Positions 1-8,507 are shown, numbered from the stretch's first letter. The stretch: 41,784 nucleotides of DNA from a virus (IMGVR_UViG_3300027769_000052:1-41784); one strand, 5' to 3'. Translations and numbers: made by a program. Notes: generated by a model not told the origin, from the letters alone.

Positions 1-2
1 AC

Positions 3-908
3 GAGAAGGCCATCCGCGATCAGTACGAGAAGTACTTCGGCGTTCGCAACGCTCCCACGCAGTGCCAGCACTGCGGTCAGGGCCGTGCGAAGTACTTCGC
101 GGTCGCGTACCACAAGCCCAGCGACAAGCACATCGCGGTCGGTCACATCTGTGCCGACCACCGCCTCGGCCTGACGCTCGATCAGTACAAGTTCGATCGC
201 CTCAAGGAGCGAGCCGCCGCGATCCGCACCGAGCAGAAGCGTGACGCCGCCCTCGCCCAGTTGGCTGAGACCGACGCCGAACTCGCTGACGCGATCGACG
301 CCGCGAACCGTGACGGCAAGTTTGAAGACGCCGCGATCGTCCGCGAGCAGTTGGCCCTCGGCCTCACCGCCGACGCCCCTGCCGACGAACGCGACGCCGT
401 GGCTCAGGCCGTTCGCCGTGGCGTCCGTCTGCTCGCCGACATCGCCGCCTCCCTGCGTCACCGCGACTACGCCGCCAGCGAGAAACAGCGGGCCGTGATC
501 CTCAGCGGCCTCGACAAGAGCCGCGAGTTCGCCAAGGCCAACCTCGCCCGCGTCCGCGACTCCAAGGTCGTCGCCGCCAGCGTCGCCGATCTGGCCCCGC
601 TCACTGGTCGCATCACGATCAAGGGCACCGTCCTGTCGTCCAAGCACTACAGCAACGACTACGGCACCGTGACCAAGTACCTGATCCGTCTCGCGGACGG
701 TCGCAAGACCTTCGGCACCCTGCCCGCCGACTTCGGCTGGATCAAGGTGGACGGCGGCATCGCCTACGAGGGCATCACCGCTGGTCGCGAGGTCGAGTTC
801 GTCGCCACCGTGGAGCAGAGCGACCGTGACGCCGCTTTCTACTTCCACAGCCGCCCTACCCTGACCAAGGCCGACAAGGCCGCTCGCAAGGCCGCTGAAG
901 CCGCCTGA
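3..908 (+). CDS. 5'-truncated hypothetical protein with Zn-finger-like N-terminus and OB-fold-like C-terminus
   Basis: The frame of ORF 261..908 is open back to base 3: EKAIRDQYEKYFGVRNAPTQCQHCGQGRAKYFAVAYHKPSDKHIAVGHICADH (CxxC...GxxC); C-terminal beta-rich segment ITIKGTVLSSK...GREVEFVATVE...FHSRPT. Confidence 0.75.
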   Translation, partial: EKAIRDQYEKYFGVRNAPTQCQHCGQGRAKYFAVAYHKPSDKHIAVGHICADHRLGLTLDQYKFDRLKERAAAIRTEQKRDAALAQLAETDAELADAIDAANRDGKFEDAAIVREQLALGLTADAPADERDAVAQAVRRGVRLLADIAASLRHRDYAASEKQRAVILSGLDKSREFAKANLARVRDSKVVAASVADLAPLTGRITIKGTVLSSKHYSNDYGTVTKYLIRLADGRKTFGTLPADFGWIKVDGGIAYEGITAGREVEFVATVEQSDRDAAFYFHSRPTLTKADKAARKAAEAA

Positions 909-932
909 GGGCCAGCCAGAGGGTCAGGACAC

Positions 933-960
933 GGCTCGCCGCAAGGCGGGCCTTTTTGTT
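933..960 (+). terminator. Rho-independent terminator
   Basis: GGCTCGCC-GCAA-GGCGGGCC stem-loop followed by TTTTTGTT. Confidence 0.9.
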
Positions 961-1023
961 GCCCCAGTAGATCAGCCGAGGCCACGCAGTTTGCGCCCCT
1001 AGAACTTTCGTTCCACTGTGGGC

Positions 1024-1052
1024 TTGACGCCAGCCTGAGACGGCCCCAGTGT
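1024..1052 (+). promoter_or_regulatory. Putative sigma70-type promoter
   Basis: TTGACG-N17-CAGTGT, downstream of a terminator and 25 nt before the ATG at 1078. Confidence 0.5.
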
Positions 1053-1077
1053 CCAGTCATTCACCCACCCAGCACCG

Positions 1078-1326
1078 ATGATCAACACCGACCTCAACAG
1101 CCAGATCGCCGCCCTCGTCTCCGAGATCGCCGCCGCCGAACTCCGCGTCAGCAACCTGTACCACACGCTTGAGAAACTTGAGCAGGGCGATTCGTGGCAC
1201 GACGGTTTCCGTCTGCACTTCGGTCGCCACGCGAAGGCCGCTCGCACCCGCTTCACCAAGGCCGAACGCGATCTTCGCCGCCTCCGCGATCGCCACGCCC
1301 TGCTCACCGCCCGCCTCGCCGCCTGA
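1078..1326 (+). CDS. Hypothetical protein, 82 aa, helical
   Basis: ATG after C/A-rich leader; C-ending codon bias matching neighbouring genes. Confidence 0.8.
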   Translation: MINTDLNSQIAALVSEIAAAELRVSNLYHTLEKLEQGDSWHDGFRLHFGRHAKAARTRFTKAERDLRRLRDRHALLTARLAA

Positions 1327-1363
1327 GCATCCACTTTTCACCCACACCCAACCCAGCACACCA

Positions 1364-1873
1364 ATGAGCAACACCAAGTCCAAGCCCGTCCTCCACACGA
1401 TCACCACGCCTGACGGCGTCGTCCACACCCGCAAGTCGCCCCGCGTTTACGCGGTCGCGATCGTGGTCGAGTACGATCCCGTCAAGCACTCGCTCTGGTT
1501 CGCCCAGCACAAGCGTCAGGAGAACGAGTCGAGCCTCAGGGCCATCGCCAAGTACGAGGCTGGTCTCGCCACCGCTGGCGACGCCCGCGTCGAGATCCGC
1601 AACGAACGCGGCAACTACGAGAACACCCTCTGGAGCAAGGCCGACTACCTCGGCTGGATCAAGTCGGCCCGTGAAGGCATCGCCACCCGCGACGCCGAGA
1701 TCGCCGTCCTGCTCGCCACCGCCGCCGACGCCACCGCCAAGCCCACCTACCTCGTCCACGGCTGGAGCCAGACCGAGAAGCAGGGCCACGCCACCGCCCG
1801 CACGATCACGAACCAGTGGGTCACCGCCCAAGGCGGCGTCGCCAAGGTCGTCGCCGTAACCCGCCACGCCTAA
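1364..1873 (+). CDS. Hypothetical protein, 169 aa
   Basis: Start placed at ATG 1364 (MSNTKSKPVLH) after ACCCAGCACACCA leader; strong codon bias. Confidence 0.8.
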   Translation: MSNTKSKPVLHTITTPDGVVHTRKSPRVYAVAIVVEYDPVKHSLWFAQHKRQENESSLRAIAKYEAGLATAGDARVEIRNERGNYENTLWSKADYLGWIKSAREGIATRDAEIAVLLATAADATAKPTYLVHGWSQTEKQGHATARTITNQWVTAQGGVAKVVAVTRHA

Positions 1874-1883
1874 GCCCACGCCG

Positions 1884-2018
1884 ATGGACTACACCCTGAT
1901 CGCCCTCGTCCTCGCCTTCTGGCTGATCGCCGCCATCGGTGCGGCGTTCGCCACTGGCCTCAAGGCCCTCGCCGTCGCCCTCGTCGCCCGCTGGTTCGGC
2001 TTCACCCGCAAGCCCTAA
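1884..2018 (+). CDS. Small membrane protein, 44 aa (not in ORF track)
   Basis: MDYTLIALVLAFWLIAAIGAAFATGLKALAVALVARWFGFTRKP; fills the gap between the previous stop and the terminator; same codon bias. Confidence 0.75.
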   Translation: MDYTLIALVLAFWLIAAIGAAFATGLKALAVALVARWFGFTRKP

Positions 2019-2041
2019 GCCCGCCCACCAGCCCGATCAAC

Positions 2042-2066
2042 GGCCCGCCGCAAGGTGGGCCTTTTT
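2042..2066 (+). terminator. Rho-independent terminator
   Basis: GGCCCGCC-GCAA-GGTGGGCC followed by TTTTT; near-copy of the terminator at 933. Confidence 0.9.
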
Positions 2067-2320
2067 CGTGCCCGCGATCCAGCCTAGCCCAGACGCCCGC
2101 CAAGCCCCGATCGCCCCCACGCCGCCCCCATCCCATTCCCCAGCCTGTATCCCCAGCCCACAGGGCAAGCCAGCCCCCTAGGATCGACGCCCGCCCGCGT
2201 AGGCCAGATCACCCTAGGCCAAGCCCAGCCTGTACCCTGATCGGTCACCCATCCTTCGGATGCCCCAGACCACAGTGGCAATGGCCTAAAAGAACGCCGC
2301 CAAGGCCCCTACAAGGCCAC

Positions 2321-2603
2321 TGTCATAGCAAGCACGGCTCAGTGCCCTGCCCAGCCCTGATCGGCCCTCCTAGAGCCTCACAGCCAGCAAAGCAGTTACT
2401 GTGTCATACCTTGTCATAGCGGTTACTGGCACCTGTGTCATATGCCTGTCATACTGGCCCCTGTCATATGTGTCATAGGCCAGCCGTGTCATAGCCTGTG
2501 TCATACGGATCCGAGTGTCATAAGTGTCATAGGGGGGGAGGGGGTCGGAATTTTTGTGTCATAGAATTACGCATCGCATTCACTCAGACGGAAAATTATG
2601 ACA
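2321..2603. repeat. TGTCATA heptamer array with G-run (putative pac/terminus or operator array)
   Basis: TGTCATA at 2321, 2402, 2412, 2436, 2447, 2462, 2471, 2487, 2499, 2516, 2525, 2557; inverted copy TATGACA at 2597; GGGGGGGAGGGGG at 2532-2544. Confidence 0.9.
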
Positions 2604-2648
2604 AAAGGCTGGACGAGGTGGTACAAGATAAACAGAAAATCTGCTTAT

Positions 2649-3131
2649 ATGTCTGACGAAGTCCCCCTAAAGCCGCTTTTAGCCACCCCTACGCGTGAAA
2701 GTGAACTGGCAAAGGCTATGGGTTTGACGCGGAAGGCCCTGAGCGACCTGAGGAAGCAGATGCTGATCTTCCAGACCCACTGGTACCGCGAGGAGTCCAG
2801 TCTGCCCGCCACGAAACAGGCCGTCTGGATCACTCAACTGGGGATGGAGGTGCTTGCCAAGCACTGGGGAGTCCCGATCCAAGAGGTGGAGGCTGAGAAA
2901 AAAAATTTGTCGGTCGCTAACGCGACCGAGGTGGCAGAGTGTTCCGTGTTAAGCATCTTCCCTCGCAATCCCAGAATCGCCGAAGTCCTGTTCAACGGGG
3001 AGAAGCGGCTTATGCGGGTAAAGGATGGATCCAAGTGGGTCAAGGGGATGAAGGTGCAAGTCCGCACGGAAGGCGGTATGAGCCGATTCCTGATTCCGCT
3101 CCGCAACCCGCGATTCAGAGGGAAGTTCTGA
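2649..3131 (+). CDS. Hypothetical protein with N-terminal HTH-like region
   Basis: ESELAKAMGLTRKALSDLRK resembles an HTH; stop overlaps next start (TGATG); start 2649 preferred over 2598, which lies in the repeat. Confidence 0.7.
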   Translation: MSDEVPLKPLLATPTRESELAKAMGLTRKALSDLRKQMLIFQTHWYREESSLPATKQAVWITQLGMEVLAKHWGVPIQEVEAEKKNLSVANATEVAECSVLSIFPRNPRIAEVLFNGEKRLMRVKDGSKWVKGMKVQVRTEGGMSRFLIPLRNPRFRGKF

Positions 3132-3856
3132 TGGGCCTGATCACGACGAGCGTGGAGCGATTGATGAACGGCGTAGCCGAGGGCTACCTTGCTGGCATCA
3201 TCTACTTGGCTCCTGAGCAACAGGCGGGCGACGGGATCAATGTGTGCAAGTATGCGACAAGTGAATGCAAGAAGGACTGCCTTTACACCAGTGGCAGAGG
3301 GCAGATGACGGCGGTGCAGGAGGCTCGCATCGGACGCACCCGCCTCTGGAGTACGGATCCTGAGGAGTTCTACCGTCAGGCGACCGACGAGATCGACGCC
3401 CTGATCCGCAAGGCGAACCGCCTAGGGCTGGTGCCAGCCATACGGCTGAACGGCACTTCCGACATCGACCACAGCAAATACATCCGCTGGTTCAACCTGA
3501 TGCACAGGATCGGGAAGAAGCCTGTCCGTTTCTACGACTACAGTAAGTGGCCTGACCGTTGCCTCCAGAACGACGACAAGCACTACCACATCACCTACAG
3601 CCACGGGGGCCTGAACCGCCTTGAGGTGTCCAAGCGTCACCTCCAGCAGGGCTTCAATGTGACCGTGGTCTTCGCGGTCAAGAAGGGCGAGCCGCTCCCG
3701 AAGACTTGGAATGGCTACCGCGTGATAGACGGGGACATCCACGATCTGCGGTTCCTCGATCCAGAGGGCGTCGTCGTCGGCCTCAGGGCCAAGGGCAGGG
3801 CCAAGAAGACCACGCCCGTGACCAACGGCTTTGTCGTGCCGAACATAGCAACTTGA
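3131..3856 (+). CDS. GP88-family, radical-SAM-like Fe-S protein
   Basis: NVCKYATSECKKDCLYTSGRG (Cx6Cx3C), RLNGTSDI, FYDYSK, DGDIHDLRFLDP, GLRAKG. Confidence 0.75.
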   Translation: MGLITTSVERLMNGVAEGYLAGIIYLAPEQQAGDGINVCKYATSECKKDCLYTSGRGQMTAVQEARIGRTRLWSTDPEEFYRQATDEIDALIRKANRLGLVPAIRLNGTSDIDHSKYIRWFNLMHRIGKKPVRFYDYSKWPDRCLQNDDKHYHITYSHGGLNRLEVSKRHLQQGFNVTVVFAVKKGEPLPKTWNGYRVIDGDIHDLRFLDPEGVVVGLRAKGRAKKTTPVTNGFVVPNIAT

Positions 3857-3887
3857 CTTTCCTGATCCTAACGGGATCTTTATGACA
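3853..3887 (+). promoter_or_regulatory. Putative promoter for the packaging operon, with heptamer site
   Basis: TTGACT-N16-GATCTT directly followed by TATGACA (3881-3887), the reverse complement of the array unit. Confidence 0.45.
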
Positions 3888-3899
3888 CTTCCCACACCT

Positions 3900-3941
3900 A
3901 TGGCTAAAAAGAAAATGAAGAAAGGCGGCAAGCGATGCTAA
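3900..3941 (+). CDS. Possible 13-aa basic micropeptide MAKKKMKKGGKRC
   Basis: ATG after CCCACACCT leader; stop overlaps the start region of the next gene. Confidence 0.4.
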   Translation: MAKKKMKKGGKRC

Positions 3942-4123
3942 CCGCGATCATCTGGTTCCTCATCGGCGTTCTCGTCGGTGCCGTCACGATGGTTTTTGTC
4001 GCTCGCAACAATCGATCCAAGATCGACAAGGCTCTCAGCACCGCTGACGCCACCAGCGAGAAGTACAAGAACTATATGACCAAGTGGTCTGACGAGTTCA
4101 AGAAGCCCGACGACATTAAGTGA
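3935..4123 (+). CDS. Small single-pass membrane protein
   Basis: N-terminal hydrophobic helix MLTAIIWFLIGVLVGAVTMVFVA followed by charged tail. Confidence 0.75.
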   Translation: MLTAIIWFLIGVLVGAVTMVFVARNNRSKIDKALSTADATSEKYKNYMTKWSDEFKKPDDIK

Positions 4124-4311
4124 AGGAGGCGTCCAACAGCAGTCGCGGTGCTACGCGTAGGTACGCTAAAGGTACCTCGTACTACGCTTCTGCTGTTAAG
4201 GGCCAACTTCGTCGGAAGGGGACAACACTGGCGTCGTCCCCGTCTCTTCCCTCAAATCGCAAGTACCACCGTGACTACTCTCGTCGGTACAGGGCGAGAG
4301 GGAATAGATGA
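4120..4311 (+). CDS. Small Arg-rich basic protein
   Basis: GTGA overlap with upstream gene and ATGA overlap with terL; composition rich in R/S/Y. Confidence 0.5.
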   Translation: MKEASNSSRGATRRYAKGTSYYASAVKGQLRRKGTTLASSPSLPSNRKYHRDYSRRYRARGNR

Positions 4312-5906
4312 AACTGACGCCGCACCCAGTCTTACACGCCCCCAGTGAGGAGGAGATCAAAGCCCTCGTCGATAAAGTCGGCGAAGCCAAGACCCTTGAG
4401 ATCCTCCAGATTCGGGAAGATAAGATTGAGGCCGAGAAGTCCGACCCGTACCGCCACGGCTTTGAGCCGTGGTACTGGCGTGATGCTGACCGTCTCCTCG
4501 ACGGAGGGGATGAGTTGCTCATCTCAGGGGGCAACCGAGCAGGAAAGACCGAGTACGCCGCCAAGCGGGTGGTATATACTCTGATCAACAAGCCGAACGC
4601 CCGCGTATGGTGCCTACACACGACCAATCAGTCCTCGATCCAGATGCAACAGAGCGTCGTCTGGAAGTACCTCCCTTCGGAGTTGAAACTAGCGAAGAAG
4701 ACCAAGGTCACCAACATCGCCTACACGCAGAAGAACGGTTTTTCCGAGAACTCGTTTGTCCTTCCGAACGGTTCGCAGTGTTTCTTTATGAATTATGCCC
4801 AAGATCGAACGGTGATCGAGGGCGGCGAAACTGACCTGATCTGGTGCGACGAACTGGTGCCGCTGGACTGGGTAGAGACGCTCAGGTTCCGTAATATCAC
4901 CCGACGGGGCAAGTTGATCGTAACCTTTACGCCGATCTCAGGCTATACCCCAGTGGTAAAGGACTACATCGCTGGATCTCGCATTCAGGAGTCTAAGCCA
5001 GCCAAATTGATGGAGGGGATGAACACGGTGATCGGGTGCAAGAGCGGCGAGATGCCTTACATCTCCAAGTGCATCAGGCGTGGAGCATTCGCGATCTGGT
5101 TCTTCTCTGAGTTCAACCCGTATAACCCGTTTGACCACCTCGCTAAGGGCCTGAAGGGCCGTTCCTCGTACGAGATCAAGATCCGTGCGTACGGGTGGGC
5201 AGAATCCCTTCAGGGCACCCAGTTCCCGCGATTCGGCGACGCCAACATCATCCCCGCGAACAAGATCCCTGCCGCAGGATCGAACTATATGTCCTGCGAC
5301 CCTGCTGGGGCCAGAAACTGGTTTATGCTCTGGATGCGGGTGGATGAGAACGGCAATAGGTACATCTACCGCGAATGGCCTGACGCTTCCGTCGGCGAAT
5401 GGGCACTCCCGTCCGAGAAGCCAGACGGCAAGGTCGGCTCTGCCCAGACCACGAACGCTGGCAGAGGGCTTGACGAGTACAGGGAACTGATGCGTCACCT
5501 AGAGGGCAACGAGACTCTCACCGAGCGGTATGTTGACCCCCGTGCTGGATCCACACAGGCCGCTGGTCGCGACGGCGGCACCTCCATCATCGAACTTTTC
5601 CAGCAGGGAGACTACCCGATGTTCCTGACGCCAGCCGCTGGCATCGCGATCGAAGAGGGAGTCGGAATGATCAACAACTGGCTGTCGTACGATATGAGCC
5701 AGCCCATTAGTTCTCAGAACCAGCCCAAACTGTTTGTTTCTGAAGACTGCCAGAACCTCATCTATTGCCTGAAGGAGTGGACTGGTCAGGACGGGCAGAA
5801 GGGTGCGAGCAAAGATCCTATTGATTGCCTCAGATACCTTGCGGTGATGGATCCAGAATTTGAAGACAACAAGACCTATCAGGCCAGCAGACCTTTCTCA
5901 TACTAA
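4308..5906 (+). CDS. terL: Terminase large subunit
   Basis: Walker A SGGNRAGKT, Walker B LIWCDE, coupling motif TFTP, RNase H-like nuclease SCDPAG...YVDP...KDPIDCLRY. Confidence 0.95.
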   Translation: MKLTPHPVLHAPSEEEIKALVDKVGEAKTLEILQIREDKIEAEKSDPYRHGFEPWYWRDADRLLDGGDELLISGGNRAGKTEYAAKRVVYTLINKPNARVWCLHTTNQSSIQMQQSVVWKYLPSELKLAKKTKVTNIAYTQKNGFSENSFVLPNGSQCFFMNYAQDRTVIEGGETDLIWCDELVPLDWVETLRFRNITRRGKLIVTFTPISGYTPVVKDYIAGSRIQESKPAKLMEGMNTVIGCKSGEMPYISKCIRRGAFAIWFFSEFNPYNPFDHLAKGLKGRSSYEIKIRAYGWAESLQGTQFPRFGDANIIPANKIPAAGSNYMSCDPAGARNWFMLWMRVDENGNRYIYREWPDASVGEWALPSEKPDGKVGSAQTTNAGRGLDEYRELMRHLEGNETLTERYVDPRAGSTQAAGRDGGTSIIELFQQGDYPMFLTPAAGIAIEEGVGMINNWLSYDMSQPISSQNQPKLFVSEDCQNLIYCLKEWTGQDGQKGASKDPIDCLRYLAVMDPEFEDNKTYQASRPFSY

Positions 5907-6133
5907 TGAACTACCCTCCCCTCCTCTCCAGAAAGGCCGCGTCCGAAATGACTGGTCTGTCCCCTCGATACTTCGATAGGCTTCGCCGCGAAGGAAAACT
6001 TTCCACCTACAAGACCCTTGGAGGCCAAAACCGCTTTCACAGGGACGAAATCCTAAAACACATCAATGCTACCTCAAAAGAACTGGAACACGCCGACGCG
6101 GGACGCGACAGCGGCGGCGTCAAAGACGCCTGA
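5906..6133 (+). CDS. MerR/excisionase-like HTH protein
   Basis: LLSRKAASEMTGLSPRYFDRLRREGKLSTYKTLGGQNRFHRDEI matches the Xis/HTH_17 pattern. Confidence 0.85.
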   Translation: MNYPPLLSRKAASEMTGLSPRYFDRLRREGKLSTYKTLGGQNRFHRDEILKHINATSKELEHADAGRDSGGVKDA

Positions 6134-8504
6134 TATCGGCAACCTCCTCAAGGAGTACAACGACTCCCTTTACAACGGATCGTCGCTGGAGCGGCTTGCC
6201 GCACTGGACGACATCCGCTACTGCCGTTGGCACGGTCAATCCGACGACGGCAAAAAGCACAGCGACCTCAGGCAGGACGGTAACCCCGCGATGCCGTGGG
6301 AGGGTGCTTCCGATGTCCGCGTCAGGCTCGTCGATCGCACGATCAACGATCTGGCGGCGTTGATGATTACCGCGTTCCAGCGTTCTACGCTCAGGGTCAG
6401 CGGCGTCACTTTCAACGACGGCGGCGTGGCTTCGGCTTCGTCCACGCTGATGCGTTGGATCCTTGAGAACAGAGCCAGCAGAGAGATGTACTCGGAGGCA
6501 TACCTTGCTTCCCAGTACGCACTTACCTACGGCTGGACTGTCTTCCACATCACTTGGGATCAGCAGACTTCGATCCGTCGCCAGAAGGTGACGATGGAAG
6601 ACATCACTTCGATCTCAGAGATGTACAAGCAGGAACAGCCTGACTCCGTACTCGCCAACCTTCCTGAGATGATCGCCAGCGGCTCCAACGATGAGTTTCT
6701 GGCTTCTCAGATGATGACCCTGATGAACGGGGCTACCCTTGCCGAGTGCAGAAAGATGGTGGTTGATCTTAGAGAAAAGGGTCACGCGGAGATCGAAGAG
6801 CCTTATGTGTTCAAGAACCTCCCGTGCGTCACGGCCTTGAAGCCGTACGACGAGATCACCTTCCCGCAGGAAACCGTCGATCTCCAGCGAGCCAGAGTCA
6901 TCTTCCGTCGCACATTCATCACCGAAGTCGAACTCCGCTCTATGGCTGTCAACGACGGCTGGGACGAGAAATTCGTCGAAGCCGCCGCCCAGACGCTCGG
7001 CAAGTCGTCGATGTACAACGATCCGAGCCTTACGCCCGTGACCAATGTGCTGACGACCAATGTCTGGCGTGGTCGCAATATGATCGAGATCGTCTACGCG
7101 TACGCGAGACAGGTCAATAAGGACGGCATCCCTGCAATCTACTACACCGTGTTCTCTCCTCAGGTCGGCGACAAGATCTGGGCCAAGCACGAAATCCTCG
7201 ACTACTATCACGGCGAATACCCGTTCGTCGGATACGCCAGAGAGGTCACACGCAGACCCATTATGGAGTCTCGCGGCATTCCTGAGGTCAGCAGAACGGA
7301 TCAGGACGAGGTCAAGGCCCAGCACGACTCTCTCCGCGACAGAACCGCGATTGAGACGCTTCCCCCGATCAAGGTCGCCAAGCGTATTGGTGCCATCAAC
7401 AGAATCGGCCCAGCCGTCCAGTTGCCTGTGACGACGAAGGATGACTACACCTTCCTTGAGCCGCCCGCTGGCAACCCCCAGATGGCTTTCTCGATGATCG
7501 AGCGTGTCGAGGCCCAACACGCGGCTTACTACGGCCTGACCTCCAAGTATGTCGAAGATGTCAGATCCCAGTTGCTCCAGCAGACTATGGTGAACGGCTG
7601 GCTTATGGCTTGGACTGAGATCTACCAGCAAGTCTTCACGCTGGCGTTGCAGTACCTGACGCCTGAGGAAAAGATTAAGATCTGCGGAGTCGATCTTCCT
7701 GCCCGTGCCACCGACATCCACGGCGGCTTTGACTTCATCGTGAAGTTCGATGTCCGTGAGGTCGATACGAACCTCGTTATGGAGAAGTTGGACGCTATCA
7801 CGAAGTTCGTGATCCCGCTCGACCAGTCTGGAACCGTGGACAGATCCAAGTTGGTGAATATGATTATGGAGACGATCTCTCCCGACGCGGCAAAGGAACT
7901 CATCGTTGCGAATGAACAGGCGTCCCAGAAGATGTTCAGGGATGTTCAGACCGATATCGGCCTTATGTTGCTCGGCAATGCCCCGCAGTTGGTCGAGAAC
8001 GATCCTACCGCTCCCACCAAGTTGCAGTTGGCCCAGCAGATCCTACAGCAGAACCCGAAGGCCCAACAGGCCCTTCAGGGCGACCAGATCTTCCAGCAAC
8101 TGTTCCAGCAGTATGTCCAGAACTTGCAGATGTCCGTCCAGCAGGAGCAGAACAAGCAAGTCGGTCGCACGGGCGTGGCCCCGCAAGGCCCGAACCTCGC
8201 CGATCAGGTCAAGAGCCTCATCGACTCTGCCAAACAGGCCAACACGGCCCGCCAAGGCGGCGTCGCCGCTGGCACGGACGCCGTCGGGGAAGAGGTGGCC
8301 CAGCAGAGAGCCGCACAGGCCGAACAAGCCGCCGCAGAAGGCCAGCAGGGCGGTCAGATCGAGCAGATGATGGTTCAGTTGATGGAGCAGGGTATGTCCG
8401 AAGAGGAGGCTATCGCTACCATCCAACAGCAGATGGGCGGCGGCGGTCAGCCCCCTCAGGGTGGCCCTCCCCCCGAACAGGGCGGTCAACCCCCGATGAT
8501 GTAA
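6066..8504 (+). CDS. Portal protein
   Basis: 812 aa, follows terL, precedes scaffold and capsid; PWEGASD motif, YPFV...SRGIPE segment, Q-rich C-terminal tail typical of podovirus portals. Confidence 0.85.
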   Translation: MLPQKNWNTPTRDATAAASKTPDIGNLLKEYNDSLYNGSSLERLAALDDIRYCRWHGQSDDGKKHSDLRQDGNPAMPWEGASDVRVRLVDRTINDLAALMITAFQRSTLRVSGVTFNDGGVASASSTLMRWILENRASREMYSEAYLASQYALTYGWTVFHITWDQQTSIRRQKVTMEDITSISEMYKQEQPDSVLANLPEMIASGSNDEFLASQMMTLMNGATLAECRKMVVDLREKGHAEIEEPYVFKNLPCVTALKPYDEITFPQETVDLQRARVIFRRTFITEVELRSMAVNDGWDEKFVEAAAQTLGKSSMYNDPSLTPVTNVLTTNVWRGRNMIEIVYAYARQVNKDGIPAIYYTVFSPQVGDKIWAKHEILDYYHGEYPFVGYAREVTRRPIMESRGIPEVSRTDQDEVKAQHDSLRDRTAIETLPPIKVAKRIGAINRIGPAVQLPVTTKDDYTFLEPPAGNPQMAFSMIERVEAQHAAYYGLTSKYVEDVRSQLLQQTMVNGWLMAWTEIYQQVFTLALQYLTPEEKIKICGVDLPARATDIHGGFDFIVKFDVREVDTNLVMEKLDAITKFVIPLDQSGTVDRSKLVNMIMETISPDAAKELIVANEQASQKMFRDVQTDIGLMLLGNAPQLVENDPTAPTKLQLAQQILQQNPKAQQALQGDQIFQQLFQQYVQNLQMSVQQEQNKQVGRTGVAPQGPNLADQVKSLIDSAKQANTARQGGVAAGTDAVGEEVAQQRAAQAEQAAAEGQQGGQIEQMMVQLMEQGMSEEEAIATIQQQMGGGGQPPQGGPPPEQGGQPPMM

Positions 8505-8507
8505 TCT

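Noticed and set aside
2084-2281. Short ORFs in the C-rich tract (1939-2181 plus, 2084-2281 minus)
   Set aside because: Low-complexity Pro- or Gly-rich translations that cross or face a terminator and lack the genome's codon bias
2321-2603. CRISPR array
   Set aside because: Repeat unit is 7 bp with mostly 2-17 bp gaps, far from CRISPR repeat/spacer sizes; no cas genes
2939-3130. ORF-track N-terminal extensions (also 1169, 8851, 11031, 37855, 38835, 39433)
   Set aside because: They overlap upstream genes or promoters; downstream starts give coupled junctions and proper leaders
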